Assembly (NCBI GenBank): GCA_034408725.1
Contig: JAWXCN010000200.1
Location: 20,385 to 84,384, forward strand
DNA from: Candidatus Hydrogenedentota bacterium
Lineage (GTDB): Bacteria; Hydrogenedentota; Hydrogenedentia; Hydrogenedentales; SLHB01
Reading direction: 5' to 3'
DNA length: 64,000 nucleotides
In this document: positions 21,318 to 30,451 of the stretch, in pieces
Layout: the number at the start of each line of letters is the position of its first letter
Numbering within the stretch: position 1 is the first letter of the stretch
Notes under the pieces: model-generated
Databases searched by the model: none
The model's input: only the letters and a program-made list of their open reading frames with translations
Told to the model about the DNA's origin: nothing
Position numbers and translations under genes: made by a program

Positions 21318-21399
21318 AATTGCCAAGCGACTTTACCCAGGAAATGGAAAGCGGCAGCTACCCGCTGCCGCACTCCAAGGCGCTCCGCGCGGATTTTGG
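21318..21399. repeat. 82-bp inverted repeat, right arm (REP-containing)
   Basis: Reverse complement of 19929-20010. Confidence 0.9.
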
Positions 21400-21489
21400 G
21401 CGCCACCTGGGATTTAGGCGCGTTGCCCTGGATGACACGCCGTGTCCATCTGCTCTAAAATTACGTGGATGCAAAGGGAGACAGCACTT

Positions 21490-22122
21490 ATGAATGAAGA
21501 GATCGAGAACGCTGTCCGGAAACTGGGCGACACCAAGGCGGGATGGGTGACACGCCGGGACTCGGCGGAATACCTGGGGAAACTGGCGACCAAGGCCCTG
21601 GGCGCGCTGCACAGTTTTGGCGAGGAGATGGACGTCGACGTGCGCCGGGCGGTGGATGAATGGTTGGGGCGGTCGGCGGCGATAGTGAAAGACGTGAAGC
21701 CCGTCGCCGGAGCGCAGAAATACACGCTGGAAGAGCTTGTGAAGTCCGTTGCGAAAGACGGCTCGCGGGACGTTGAACGCGAAGGCGAAGATTTTATTGT
21801 GCAAGTTACATTGAAGGATGGGCGAACCCAATCGGTACACGTGCGCGAGTTCAAGCGGGAAGACGGGATGAAACTGGTCCAGGTCTATTGTGTGTGCGGC
21901 AAGGCGGATGAAAGCGCGTATGCCTGGGCGTTGCGCGCGAACATGAAATTAATTCAGGGGGCCGTCGCGTTATCAAAACAGGGCGACGATGAACGTTTTG
22001 TGTTGTCCACGTGTTTCCTGGCAACTGAAATTACGAAGATGGAGATCAAGGCCGCGATCAAGGAAACGGCATATTACGGGGATTGGATTGAGCAGAAACT
22101 GTCGAAACACGACGAGTTCTGA
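21490..22122 (+). CDS. HEAT-repeat plus YbjN/T3SS-chaperone-like domain protein
   Basis: WVTRRDSAEYLG and DVDVRRAV HEAT-like repeats; ALRANMKLIQGAVAL...GDWIEQKLSKHDEF chaperone-like C-terminus; GGGAG upstream. Confidence 0.6.
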   Translation: MNEEIENAVRKLGDTKAGWVTRRDSAEYLGKLATKALGALHSFGEEMDVDVRRAVDEWLGRSAAIVKDVKPVAGAQKYTLEELVKSVAKDGSRDVEREGEDFIVQVTLKDGRTQSVHVREFKREDGMKLVQVYCVCGKADESAYAWALRANMKLIQGAVALSKQGDDERFVLSTCFLATEITKMEIKAAIKETAYYGDWIEQKLSKHDEF

Positions 22123-22130
22123 GGGTGAAT

Positions 22131-22640
22131 ATGACACGCGACGAAGCCCTGCATATCATTCAATCCGGGAAAGCGCCGGGCGTGGACCTGCGCGGCCTGG
22201 ACCTTTCCGGTTGCGATCTCGCCGGCGCGGACCTGCATGAAGCGAGGCTGTCGCAGGCGAACCTATCGGGAACGGATTTAAGCGGCGCAGACTTGCGCAA
22301 CACGCTGCTGGACGAGACAAACCTTCAACGCGCGAATTTGACGAACAGCAACTGCGAGTTCGCGGTGTTTGGCGGGGCGGACGTATCGGGCGCGAATTTT
22401 ACGGGTGCGAATCTTCAGCGCGCGAATCTTGTTGGAACGAAAGGTCACGGCGCCCGATTCGACAACGCGAAGATGTTTCTTGCCCGCCCGGGGAATGCAG
22501 ACCTGCGCGACGCGTCGTTTCGCGATGCGGACATCACACGGGCGATATTCCGTCGCGCGAATCTTGCCGGCGCGGATTTGCGCGGCGCGACGGGGCAGGC
22601 GAATTTTGAGAACGCGAACCTCGACGGAGCGCGGCAATGA
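22131..22640 (+). CDS. Pentapeptide repeat protein
   Basis: Continuous A(D/N)LxG pentapeptide repeats. Confidence 0.92.
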   Translation: MTRDEALHIIQSGKAPGVDLRGLDLSGCDLAGADLHEARLSQANLSGTDLSGADLRNTLLDETNLQRANLTNSNCEFAVFGGADVSGANFTGANLQRANLVGTKGHGARFDNAKMFLARPGNADLRDASFRDADITRAIFRRANLAGADLRGATGQANFENANLDGARQ

Positions 22641-23197
22641 TCGTGAAACATTTCCTTCTGGACCTTATCGAGGTAAATGCGCACGTCGCCGCGTGCATGG
22701 AAACGCGGGAAGCGATGCTGATCGATGCAGGTACGTTCGATGACAGAATCGCCGCGTACCTGAGCGAGCACGGCTTGACGTTGAAGACGGTGTTCATCAC
22801 CCACGACCACTACGACCACGTGGACGGGCTTGCGGAATATGTGCGCCGTTACAAGCCTGAAGTCCTCGCGGGAACCGCGAAGATCGGCGGATGCGCCTCG
22901 CGCGTGGTAAAGGAAGGTGATACCGTGCGGGTCGGGAAGCACATTGGGCGCGTGCTCTCGACGCCGGGGCATACTCCCGTGGCCCTTTGTCTTGCGTTTC
23001 CCGGCCACGTGTTTACCGGCGACGCCTTGTTTGCGGGGTCGGTGGGCGGTACATCGACGCAGGAAAACTATGACCGCCAGATCGCGGAAGTGCGGACCCA
23101 TATCCTCTCACTGCCACCGGAAACGGTAGTCCACTGCGGACACGGCCCGGCATCCACTATCGCGGTCGAAAGCCGGTATAACCCGTTTTTTGTGTAA
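22637..23197 (+). CDS. MBL-fold metallo-hydrolase (glyoxalase II-like)
   Basis: THDHYDHVDG, TPGHT, FTGDALFAGSVG and GHGP motifs. Confidence 0.92.
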   Translation: MIVKHFLLDLIEVNAHVAACMETREAMLIDAGTFDDRIAAYLSEHGLTLKTVFITHDHYDHVDGLAEYVRRYKPEVLAGTAKIGGCASRVVKEGDTVRVGKHIGRVLSTPGHTPVALCLAFPGHVFTGDALFAGSVGGTSTQENYDRQIAEVRTHILSLPPETVVHCGHGPASTIAVESRYNPFFV

Positions 23198-23335
23198 AGG
23201 TCGTCTCCCCCGCTTCAACCCCTCTGTTCAGGTTGCGCGTTGTTGTATCTGTATGCTAGACTTCCGGTTCTGTCTACGGGCGTGATCTGCCCATTTTTGG
23301 GAGAAATGCGCCAGTGACAGTCACCGGATTGAGGA

Positions 23336-24679
23336 ATGTTTGACTCATTAAACAAAAAGTTGGAACGCGTCTTCAAGAACATTCGCGGTCAGGGAAAACT
23401 GACCGAGAAGAACATGCAGGACAGCCTCCAGGAAATCCGGGTGGCGCTGCTCGAAGCCGATGTTAACTATAAGGTAGTCAAGCAGTTCATAGCGGACGTG
23501 CAGGAGCGCGCGCTCGGTCTGGAAGTACTCGAAAGCATCCAGCCGGGGCAGTTAATCGTCAAGATTGTCCACGATGAGCTGGTGAAGATTATGGGCGGGG
23601 CGAATGCTCCGCTGAAGCTGGCGCAGACGCCGCCAACCGTGATTATGATGGTGGGGTTGCAGGGTCAGGGTAAAACGACCTCGTCCGGCAAGCTGGCGTT
23701 ACATTTGAAGAAACAGGGGCGGCACCCGCTAATCGTTGGCGCGGACGTATACCGTCCCGCTGCCATCAAGCAGGCCGAAGTGGTGGCGCAACAGGCGGGC
23801 GCCGAGTTTTTCAGCCTTGGCGCGAATGCGGACCCCGTCGATATCTGCGTGATGGCGAAGGGCGAAGCGCAGATGCGCGGCTGCGACATCATCATTCTGG
23901 ACACGGCGGGCCGATTGCACGTGGACGGTGAGATGATGGCGGAAGTCCGGCGGATTCAGTCGCAAGTGCAGCCGCACGAGATTCTGTTTGTGGCCAATGC
24001 CATGACGGGTCAGGACGCGGTGAATTCCGCGAAACAGTTTAATGATAATTTGCCGCTGACGGGCGTGATATTGACGCAGCTTGATGGCGACGCGCGCGGC
24101 GGCGCGGCAATCAGTTTGATCAGCGTTACGGGTTGCCCAATCAAGTTTGTGGGCACCGGCGAAAGGCTCGATGCGCTTGAGCCGTTCCATCCGCAGCGGA
24201 TGGCGGACCAGATTCTCGGCATGGGCGACATCGTTTCGCTGGTCGAGAAGGCGCAGCAGGTTGTCGATCAGGAACAGGCGATCAAGTTTCAGCAGAAGGC
24301 CAAGAAGGGCGAGCTGGACCTTGAGATGTTTTTGGAGCAGATGCAGCAGGTGAAGAAGATGGGCAGCATCGGCGATTTGGTGAAGAAGATTCCGGGCATG
24401 TCGAAGTTGTTGCCTGAGGGCGCGGAACTGCCTGAGGATGAATTGAGATATACGGAAGCGATCATCCGCTCGATGACGCGCAAAGAGCGGAAGAACCCGA
24501 AGATTATCAACGGCAGCCGGCGATTGCGGATCGCGGATGGCAGCGGCACTTCGGTCCAGGATATTAATCGTCTTCTCAAGGATTTCGAGAAGATGAAGAA
24601 GATGATGCAGCAGATGCTGAAGGGCGGAAAGCGCGGCGCGTTCGCGCGCGGTATGCGACCGCCTTCGATGTTTGGGTGA
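23336..24679 (+). CDS. ffh: Signal recognition particle protein Ffh
   Basis: ALLEADV, GLQGQGKTT, DTAGR, LDGDARGG and the M-domain SMTRKER...SRRLRIADGSG. Confidence 0.98.
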   Translation: MFDSLNKKLERVFKNIRGQGKLTEKNMQDSLQEIRVALLEADVNYKVVKQFIADVQERALGLEVLESIQPGQLIVKIVHDELVKIMGGANAPLKLAQTPPTVIMMVGLQGQGKTTSSGKLALHLKKQGRHPLIVGADVYRPAAIKQAEVVAQQAGAEFFSLGANADPVDICVMAKGEAQMRGCDIIILDTAGRLHVDGEMMAEVRRIQSQVQPHEILFVANAMTGQDAVNSAKQFNDNLPLTGVILTQLDGDARGGAAISLISVTGCPIKFVGTGERLDALEPFHPQRMADQILGMGDIVSLVEKAQQVVDQEQAIKFQQKAKKGELDLEMFLEQMQQVKKMGSIGDLVKKIPGMSKLLPEGAELPEDELRYTEAIIRSMTRKERKNPKIINGSRRLRIADGSGTSVQDINRLLKDFEKMKKMMQQMLKGGKRGAFARGMRPPSMFG

Positions 24680-24683
24680 AAAG

Positions 24684-24773
24684 AGGGTTTAGGGTTTAGG
24701 GTTTAGGGTCTAGCGAAAAGACGATTACGTGTTGTGATCGAACGAGACCCTAAACCCCAGACCCTAGACCCTA
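24684..24773. repeat. Inverted heptamer arrays (AGGGTTT)n...(AGACCCT)n
   Basis: Four units at 24684-24711 and four complementary units at 24745-24772. Confidence 0.85.
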
Positions 24774-24812
24774 TCGTGGAACCGAAAAACACAGAAACGA
24801 TAGGAGATAGTA

Positions 24813-25076
24813 GTGGCAACAGTAATTCGATTGCAGCGCGGCGGGCGCACGCACGCGCCGTACTACCGGGTGGTGGTGATGGATTCGCGCAACCGCACGC
24901 GCGGAACGATTGTCGAGCAGATCGGCACGTATCACCCGTGCGCGCGCCCCGAGCCGACCACGGACATTGATGCCGAGAAGGCCATCGCGTGGTTGAAGAA
25001 AGGCGCTCAGCCGTCGGAGACAGTGCGTTCGGTGCTCACGAAAAAGGGCATCATCGCGCAGTCCAAGCAGGGCTAG
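24813..25076 (+). CDS. rpsP: 30S ribosomal protein S16
   Basis: IRLQRGG...PYYRVVVMDSR...IGTY...WLKKGAQPSETV; GGAG upstream; conserved gene order. Confidence 0.97.
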   Translation: MATVIRLQRGGRTHAPYYRVVVMDSRNRTRGTIVEQIGTYHPCARPEPTTDIDAEKAIAWLKKGAQPSETVRSVLTKKGIIAQSKQG

Positions 25077-25096
25077 GTTTCAGCATGCAGCCGCAA

Positions 25097-25327
25097 ATGA
25101 AAGAGTTGGTTGAGTTCGTCGCGAAGAAGCTCGTGGAGCATCCCGAGGATGTGAACGTCCGCGTGATAGAGAACGATGAAGGCCAGTTGATCGAGCTGCG
25201 CGTACACCCCGAGGACATGGGGAAGGTGATCGGCAAGAGCGGCAAGACGGCGCGGGCGATTCGCTCGCTGCTGATGTCCGCGTCCACGAAGTCGACCACG
25301 CGCGCGGTACTGCAAATCGTCGAGTAA
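25097..25327 (+). CDS. khpA: KH-domain RNA-binding protein KhpA
   Basis: MKELVEF...DMGKVIGKSGKTARAIR; lies between rpsP and rimM. Confidence 0.92.
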   Translation: MKELVEFVAKKLVEHPEDVNVRVIENDEGQLIELRVHPEDMGKVIGKSGKTARAIRSLLMSASTKSTTRAVLQIVE

Positions 25328-25333
25328 CGGCGC

Positions 25334-25864
25334 GTGAGCGGCACCTGGGTCCGCATGGGGACAGTGAAGTCGGTGAATCCGGCGAAGCGGGAACTGCGGA
25401 TTACGCCAACTCGGATGTTCGAGAACGGCGCGCAGGGAATTGGCGCCGTGCGGGTGACTGGCCGAGGCGGCGATGCGCTGCTCTGCGTGATAGATCGCAT
25501 GAGCGCGAACCCGTCGGGTCTGATTGTTACCCTTGGTCCGGGGGTATCGAAAGACACCGTGGCGCGGATGAAGAACGCGACGGTCGAAGTCCTGCAGCCC
25601 AAACAGGCGCGGACAGCGACAACGGACACGATGGCCGCTTCGGAATGGATTGGACTTGAGATTTTCGGCGCGGATAACGAACGCATCGGCAAGATTGCCG
25701 GGTGCATCGAAAGTCCCGCGCACGATATTCTGGAAATTGACACGCCGGACGGGCAGCGTCTGTTGCTACCGGCGATTGAGCAGACAGTTGAATCAATCGA
25801 TCTCGAAACTGGCCGCGTCACCGTTGGTGATATTGCCGCGTATGTGATTGCCGATGCGGATTGA
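25334..25864 (+). CDS. rimM: Ribosome maturation factor RimM (divergent)
   Basis: Gene position; PRC barrel IGLEI...IGKI...AHDILEI...[16 protein letters not shown]. Confidence 0.85.
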   Translation: MSGTWVRMGTVKSVNPAKRELRITPTRMFENGAQGIGAVRVTGRGGDALLCVIDRMSANPSGLIVTLGPGVSKDTVARMKNATVEVLQPKQARTATTDTMAASEWIGLEIFGADNERIGKIAGCIESPAHDILEIDTPDGQRLLLPAIEQTVESIDLETGRVTVGDIAAYVIADAD

Positions 25865-26603
25865 CGTCGTCACGTTGTTCCCGGAGTTGTTTGACGCGCC
25901 GTTGCGCGTCAGCCTGCTGGGCAAGGGCATCGAGAACAGCCTGCTGACGGTGGAATGCACGAATCCGCGCGATTTCACGACGGACAAGCACCGGACCGTG
26001 GACGACGCGCCGTTTGGCGGCGGACCGGGCATGGTGATGAAATGCGAACCGTTGTTTGCGACGGTCGAGAGCCTGCGCGGAAAAAATTCCTGCGAACGGG
26101 TAATCCTGATGTCGCCGCGGGGCCGCCGATTTACGCAGTCGATTGCGCTAGAACTCGCGCAGCAGCCGGATTTCGTATTGGTCTGCGCGCGGTACGAGGG
26201 CGTCGACGAACGGGTCAGCCAGGGACTATGTACGGACGAGATTTCAATCGGCGATTACGTGCTCAGTGGAGGCGAATTGCCGGCGTTGGTGATCATCGAA
26301 GCGGTCAGCCGGATGATTCCGGGCGTGGTCGGTGATTTCGAGTCGGTCGAGACGGATTCTTTTTACGACGGAATCCTTGGCGCGCCGCAGTACACGCGGC
26401 CACAGGAGTTTCGCGGGATGGAAGCGCCGGCGGTGTTGCGCGAGGGAAACCACGCGGCGATACGACGGTGGCGACGGAAAGAGGCGTTGCGCGCGACATT
26501 GGCGCGGAGGCCGGATTTGCTTGATGCGTGTTCCAGCGAGGATCGCGCGTTGTTGGATGAAATTGAACGAGAATTTTTAACTGATAGGAAGAACGAGCCA
26601 TGA
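25854..26603 (+). CDS. trmD: tRNA (guanine37-N1)-methyltransferase
   Basis: [43 protein letters not shown] and YTRP motifs. Confidence 0.98.
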   Translation: MRIDVVTLFPELFDAPLRVSLLGKGIENSLLTVECTNPRDFTTDKHRTVDDAPFGGGPGMVMKCEPLFATVESLRGKNSCERVILMSPRGRRFTQSIALELAQQPDFVLVCARYEGVDERVSQGLCTDEISIGDYVLSGGELPALVIIEAVSRMIPGVVGDFESVETDSFYDGILGAPQYTRPQEFRGMEAPAVLREGNHAAIRRWRRKEALRATLARRPDLLDACSSEDRALLDEIEREFLTDRKNEP

Positions 26604-26986
26604 ATGCGCTGGAAGAACTGCAACGAGCACAACTCAAGCCCGCGAACAAGCTGCCGAAGTTTAACATCGGCGATACGGTCCGCGTGCATTTCCGGATTGT
26701 CGAAGGCGAAAAAGAACGCATCCAGGTCTACGAAGGCGTGGTGATTGGGCGCAAGGGCGCCGAAAGCCCCGAGGCAAAGTTCACGGTGCGCCGCGTGGCG
26801 TTTGGCGAAGGCGTCGAGCGCGTGTTTCCGCTGCACTCGCCGCGTATTGAGAAGGTAGAAGTCACGCGCGAAGGCAGCGTGCGCCGCGCGAAACTTTATT
26901 ACTTGCGCGAACGGTCGGGTAAGGCCGCGCGCGTCCGCGCGAAGGAGCGTTCCACGAAGGAAACAGCGACTACGCCAAAGGCGTAG
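26600..26986 (+). CDS. rplS: 50S ribosomal protein L19
   Basis: GDTVRVH...[11 protein letters not shown]...[11 protein letters not shown]...[10 protein letters not shown]. Confidence 0.98.
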   Translation: MNALEELQRAQLKPANKLPKFNIGDTVRVHFRIVEGEKERIQVYEGVVIGRKGAESPEAKFTVRRVAFGEGVERVFPLHSPRIEKVEVTREGSVRRAKLYYLRERSGKAARVRAKERSTKETATTPKA

Positions 26987-27121
26987 TTTTTCGGGGGCAA
27001 CCAGTCCCCAACGTGTTATTATTTGGGCGGATGGATCGAGGAAAATCCTTCCGCCCAATTTCCAGACAGCGCAAATCCCTTATTTTTGAACTGTCCGCAA
27101 CTGATTTAATTTCCACCGGCT

Positions 27122-27538
27122 TTACATGGGCGGAGGCAGCATCGTGACCCATAAACTCGCGAAGAACAGAGGAATCTGAAGACAACTCCAGACAACATTT
27201 GCTAAACAAAACCGCATAAGGATTGTGTTGGACGTTGGTACGCGCAAACCCTTGCCCCAGCCCAGCCTCAGAATCAGAATTGATATTATTGAACCCGCCA
27301 ATGCAATAAACGCCGCAGGCACTACTACAATGATCATCATTATGCCTTGCGCCGCGGCTGCGCCGGTCGCACTCGCATCACTTATTAGTCCTATAGTCAT
27401 TACTGCATTAAAAAGCGTCACAAATGCTATCGGGGGCGCGGCGAACAGAGTTCTCCATGGGAAAGGATAGTTTGAACTCAAATTCGTAGTGGCAGATTCG
27501 GACGCACTTAGTTGATTTGTTCCCGGTCCGGTCATCAA
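27122..27538 (-). CDS. Hypothetical 3-TM membrane protein inserted between rplS and rnhB
   Basis: Hydrophobic ORF with AGGAG upstream; AT-richer than the flanking genes. Confidence 0.55.
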   Translation of the reverse strand: MMTGPGTNQLSASESATTNLSSNYPFPWRTLFAAPPIAFVTLFNAVMTIGLISDASATGAAAAQGIMMIIVVVPAAFIALAGSIISILILRLGWGKGLRVPTSNTILMRFCLANVVWSCLQIPLFFASLWVTMLPPPM

Positions 27539-27734
27539 TTACGCTCCTGCATGTTGCACGAAGTTAGTCATTTTCATTCGGTGCTCACAGATACGATGGG
27601 GCATTTCCCCACGATGTCGCGAAGTCAATTCTGCGGAGAGCAATCATCTCGGCGCAAAAGTCTATCTGATGGTATCACAATCCACGTTTATACATTCCTC
27701 TAATTTGCCATTTCCGACTGGCCAAAGCGCGCTT

Positions 27735-27891
27735 TTGCATTGGAGGCGGCGTTTTTCATGTCTGCTTTTAGTCAAAAAAGGCGGGTTGGAAAACCCGCGA
27801 GATATTTTCAGATGGTTCGTGCCATAATTGGCTAACGGGTGGATTGGCTGGGTGAAGTGAAAGCGGCGCTTACACGCCGCACTCCAAGGCG
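27735..27891. repeat. REP pair (degenerate left copy, intact right copy)
   Basis: TTGGAGGCGGCG...CTGCTTTT (~27740) and GAAAGCGGCGCTTACACGCCGCACTCCAAGGCG (~27859). Confidence 0.6.
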
Positions 27892-27908
27892 TGGGGGTTT
27901 GGGGCGAT

Positions 27909-28565
27909 ATGCCGGGCAAGAGAACCAGGCTTTGGCGGTTTGAGCACGAGGTGGGCGAGCTGGGATTCTCGCGCATCGCGGGGGTAGACGAGGCGGGGCG
28001 CGGGCCGATGGCGGGGCCTATTGTTGCCGGTGCTGTGGTGCTGGCGTACCCGGTGCGTGGGTTGAATGATTCGAAATTGCTTACGCCGGAAGAGCGGGAC
28101 AGGCTATATGACAAGTTGATGGGTGGTCCGCATGCAATCGGCTGGTCGGTGATTTCGTCCGATGAGATCGACTCGATTGGGATTCAGCAGGCGAACTACG
28201 GCGCGATGCTGAAAGCGGTGTTGAAGCTGGACCCGGCACCGGATTATTTGCTGGTAGACGGATTTCGTATTCCGGGGTGCCCTCTCCCCCACCTTCGCAT
28301 CATCAAAGGTGATCAACGTTCGCAGTCCATAGCGGCCGCGAGTATTATCGCGAAGGTCACGCGGGACCGGATCATGGCTGAATTCGAGTTGCAGTTTCCG
28401 GGATACGGTTTTGGCAAGCACAAGGGCTATTGCACGCCGGAACATTTCATGACCCTGAACGAACTGGGGCCCTGCCCAATCCACCGGAGGAGCTTCGCCC
28501 CGGTTTCGGGTAAACTAGAAACTGCCAGCCTTTTCAGCGAGTATATAGGCGAAGTTCGGCAGTAA
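27909..28565 (+). CDS. rnhB: Ribonuclease HII
   Basis: AGVDEAGRGP, LNDSK, LLVDG, IAAASIIAKVTRD, HKGY and HRRSF motifs. Confidence 0.97.
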   Translation: MPGKRTRLWRFEHEVGELGFSRIAGVDEAGRGPMAGPIVAGAVVLAYPVRGLNDSKLLTPEERDRLYDKLMGGPHAIGWSVISSDEIDSIGIQQANYGAMLKAVLKLDPAPDYLLVDGFRIPGCPLPHLRIIKGDQRSQSIAAASIIAKVTRDRIMAEFELQFPGYGFGKHKGYCTPEHFMTLNELGPCPIHRRSFAPVSGKLETASLFSEYIGEVRQ

Positions 28566-28632
28566 TGGCGCCTGCCGGGGGACACGGCGGGTCCCCGCGC
28601 CCGGTCGCACCAAACAGAATCGGAAACATGCA

Positions 28633-30354
28633 TTGACTTCCCCCAACCTCTTCAAAGGGCCGTTCACTATGGGCATCGCGCTCCTTGCATCAATTATTAT
28701 GGTTGCCGGCTGCGCAACCGGTCCGGTTGCCGGCTCCCCTGGGTCGGGAACAACCTCCGAGAGCGAAGCATACTCGCATTTTCTGTCTGGCGTAGTTTTG
28801 GAAAAAGACGGCAAGACGGAAGAAGCGCTGAAGCATTACCAGAAAGCGGCGGACATTCTGCCGGAATCGTATGAATTGAACCGGCGGCTGCTCGACGTCT
28901 ACATCGATACCAACGACTTGCCGAATGCGGAGAAGACGTGCCGCCGGTTGCTGAAATCGGAAGATGAGAACGTTCGGTTATGGATAATCCTCGGGCTCAT
29001 CTCGCAGGAACAGGGCAATCATGAAGGGGCATCAGAGGCGTTCGAACAGGCGCTCGCGTTGAACCCGCAACAGATGCGCGATTATGACCTGCTCGTTGAG
29101 GCCGGCGAAAAGTCCAAGGATTGGGTAACCACGATCCAGGTCTATGAGAAGCTCGTGGAACTCGCCCCGGACAAGGCGGAATGGCACGCGGCGCTCGGAC
29201 TGCACCTCAGCAGAATCAATGACGGAGATGGCGCGCGAAAGGCGTTTGAAAAGGCGCTCGCGCTCGATTCCGGGATGAATGAAGCACGCATGCAGTTGGG
29301 ACTCGTATATCTACAATTGAACGAAGACGCGTTGGCGGTGGAGACACTTCGAGCGGTGCTGGCCGCGGCGCCGGAAAATGCGCGGGCGCGTGAATTTCTC
29401 GCGGGGGCATTGTGCCGCACAGGGCAATATGCCGCGGCCGCCGATGAACTGGCGCAACTCGACGAAGCCCGCGCGGCGGACGCGGCGTTGCATTTGAGCT
29501 ATGTGTACACCTTGTTGCGCGCTGATCGGGCTGGCACGGCCGCCGGACTCGATGCTCCGAACGGCACGCCGATACTGAGCACGCTGTTCAAGGCGCTTGC
29601 CCTGAAAACTGCCGGCGAACCGTATCGGCCGCTGCTGGATACGTTGGATGATGTGGAAGGCGACATCGAAATGGAATGCGCGGACGTCTTTTCGTCAATG
29701 TTGTTCTTTTATGGAGAAAAGGATACCGGAGAATATTTTATCACGCGTCTTGAGGACCTTCGCAAAGAAGGGGTACAGTCTACGCGGGTGGACATTGTGT
29801 TGGCGCGCGCGCTTACCGCGCTGAAACGGTTTGCGGAGGCGGAACCGATTCTGGCGGGTGTGGCCGCGAAAACGCCGGATGATCGTTATGCGCACATCAA
29901 TCTTTCGATCATCTACGATGAACTGGACCGGTTTCGCGACGCGGAAAAACATCTCCGGCGATGCCTCGAAATAAATCCGGAAGACAGCGAGTCAATGAAC
30001 AATCTCGCGTACCTTTACGCGGAACGGGACATGCGCCTTGATGAGGCGGAGCAACTGCTCAAGCGCGCGCTCGAAATCGAACCGAATAACGGCTACTACC
30101 TCGACAGCCTTGGCTGGGTGTATTTCCGGCGCGGGGATGAAGAAAAAGCGATCGAACATATCCGCCGCGCAATTATCGCCATGGACCATGACGACGCCAT
30201 TTTGCGGGATCACCTCGGCGACGCGTACCTCGAAAAAGGCGATGTGAAACGTGCTGTTTCAGAATGGCGGCGCGCGTTGCGGCTCGATCCGAAGATCGAG
30301 GGCGTGAAGGAAAAGATCGAGAAGCACGAGAAGAAGGCGCAGAAAGCGGCGTGA
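28633..30354 (+). CDS. Tetratricopeptide-repeat lipoprotein
   Basis: Lipobox VAGC; many TPRs, including NNLAYLYA...YLDSLGWVYF...DHLGDAY. Confidence 0.9.
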   Translation: MTSPNLFKGPFTMGIALLASIIMVAGCATGPVAGSPGSGTTSESEAYSHFLSGVVLEKDGKTEEALKHYQKAADILPESYELNRRLLDVYIDTNDLPNAEKTCRRLLKSEDENVRLWIILGLISQEQGNHEGASEAFEQALALNPQQMRDYDLLVEAGEKSKDWVTTIQVYEKLVELAPDKAEWHAALGLHLSRINDGDGARKAFEKALALDSGMNEARMQLGLVYLQLNEDALAVETLRAVLAAAPENARAREFLAGALCRTGQYAAAADELAQLDEARAADAALHLSYVYTLLRADRAGTAAGLDAPNGTPILSTLFKALALKTAGEPYRPLLDTLDDVEGDIEMECADVFSSMLFFYGEKDTGEYFITRLEDLRKEGVQSTRVDIVLARALTALKRFAEAEPILAGVAAKTPDDRYAHINLSIIYDELDRFRDAEKHLRRCLEINPEDSESMNNLAYLYAERDMRLDEAEQLLKRALEIEPNNGYYLDSLGWVYFRRGDEEKAIEHIRRAIIAMDHDDAILRDHLGDAYLEKGDVKRAVSEWRRALRLDPKIEGVKEKIEKHEKKAQKAA

Positions 30355-30451
30355 TGGGGAATTTTGGATTTTAGATTTTGGATTGAAGTGCGATACGCTG
30401 ATTTGAGGGCAAATTCGATTGGATTGCCCTTTTTTTTATGGAGGACCGGCT

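Noticed and set aside
20147-21406. 53-aa N-terminal extension of the ORF, with a matching peptide in ORF 19871..20134
   Set aside because: Translation of the REP inverted arms; the real start is likely 21247
23263-23328. SRP (4.5S) RNA gene next to ffh
   Set aside because: Lacks the conserved helix-8 GNRA loop and internal-loop motif; kept only as a candidate leader
24684-24711. Eukaryotic telomere contamination
   Set aside because: Only four units, embedded in a conserved bacterial operon with a complementary arm
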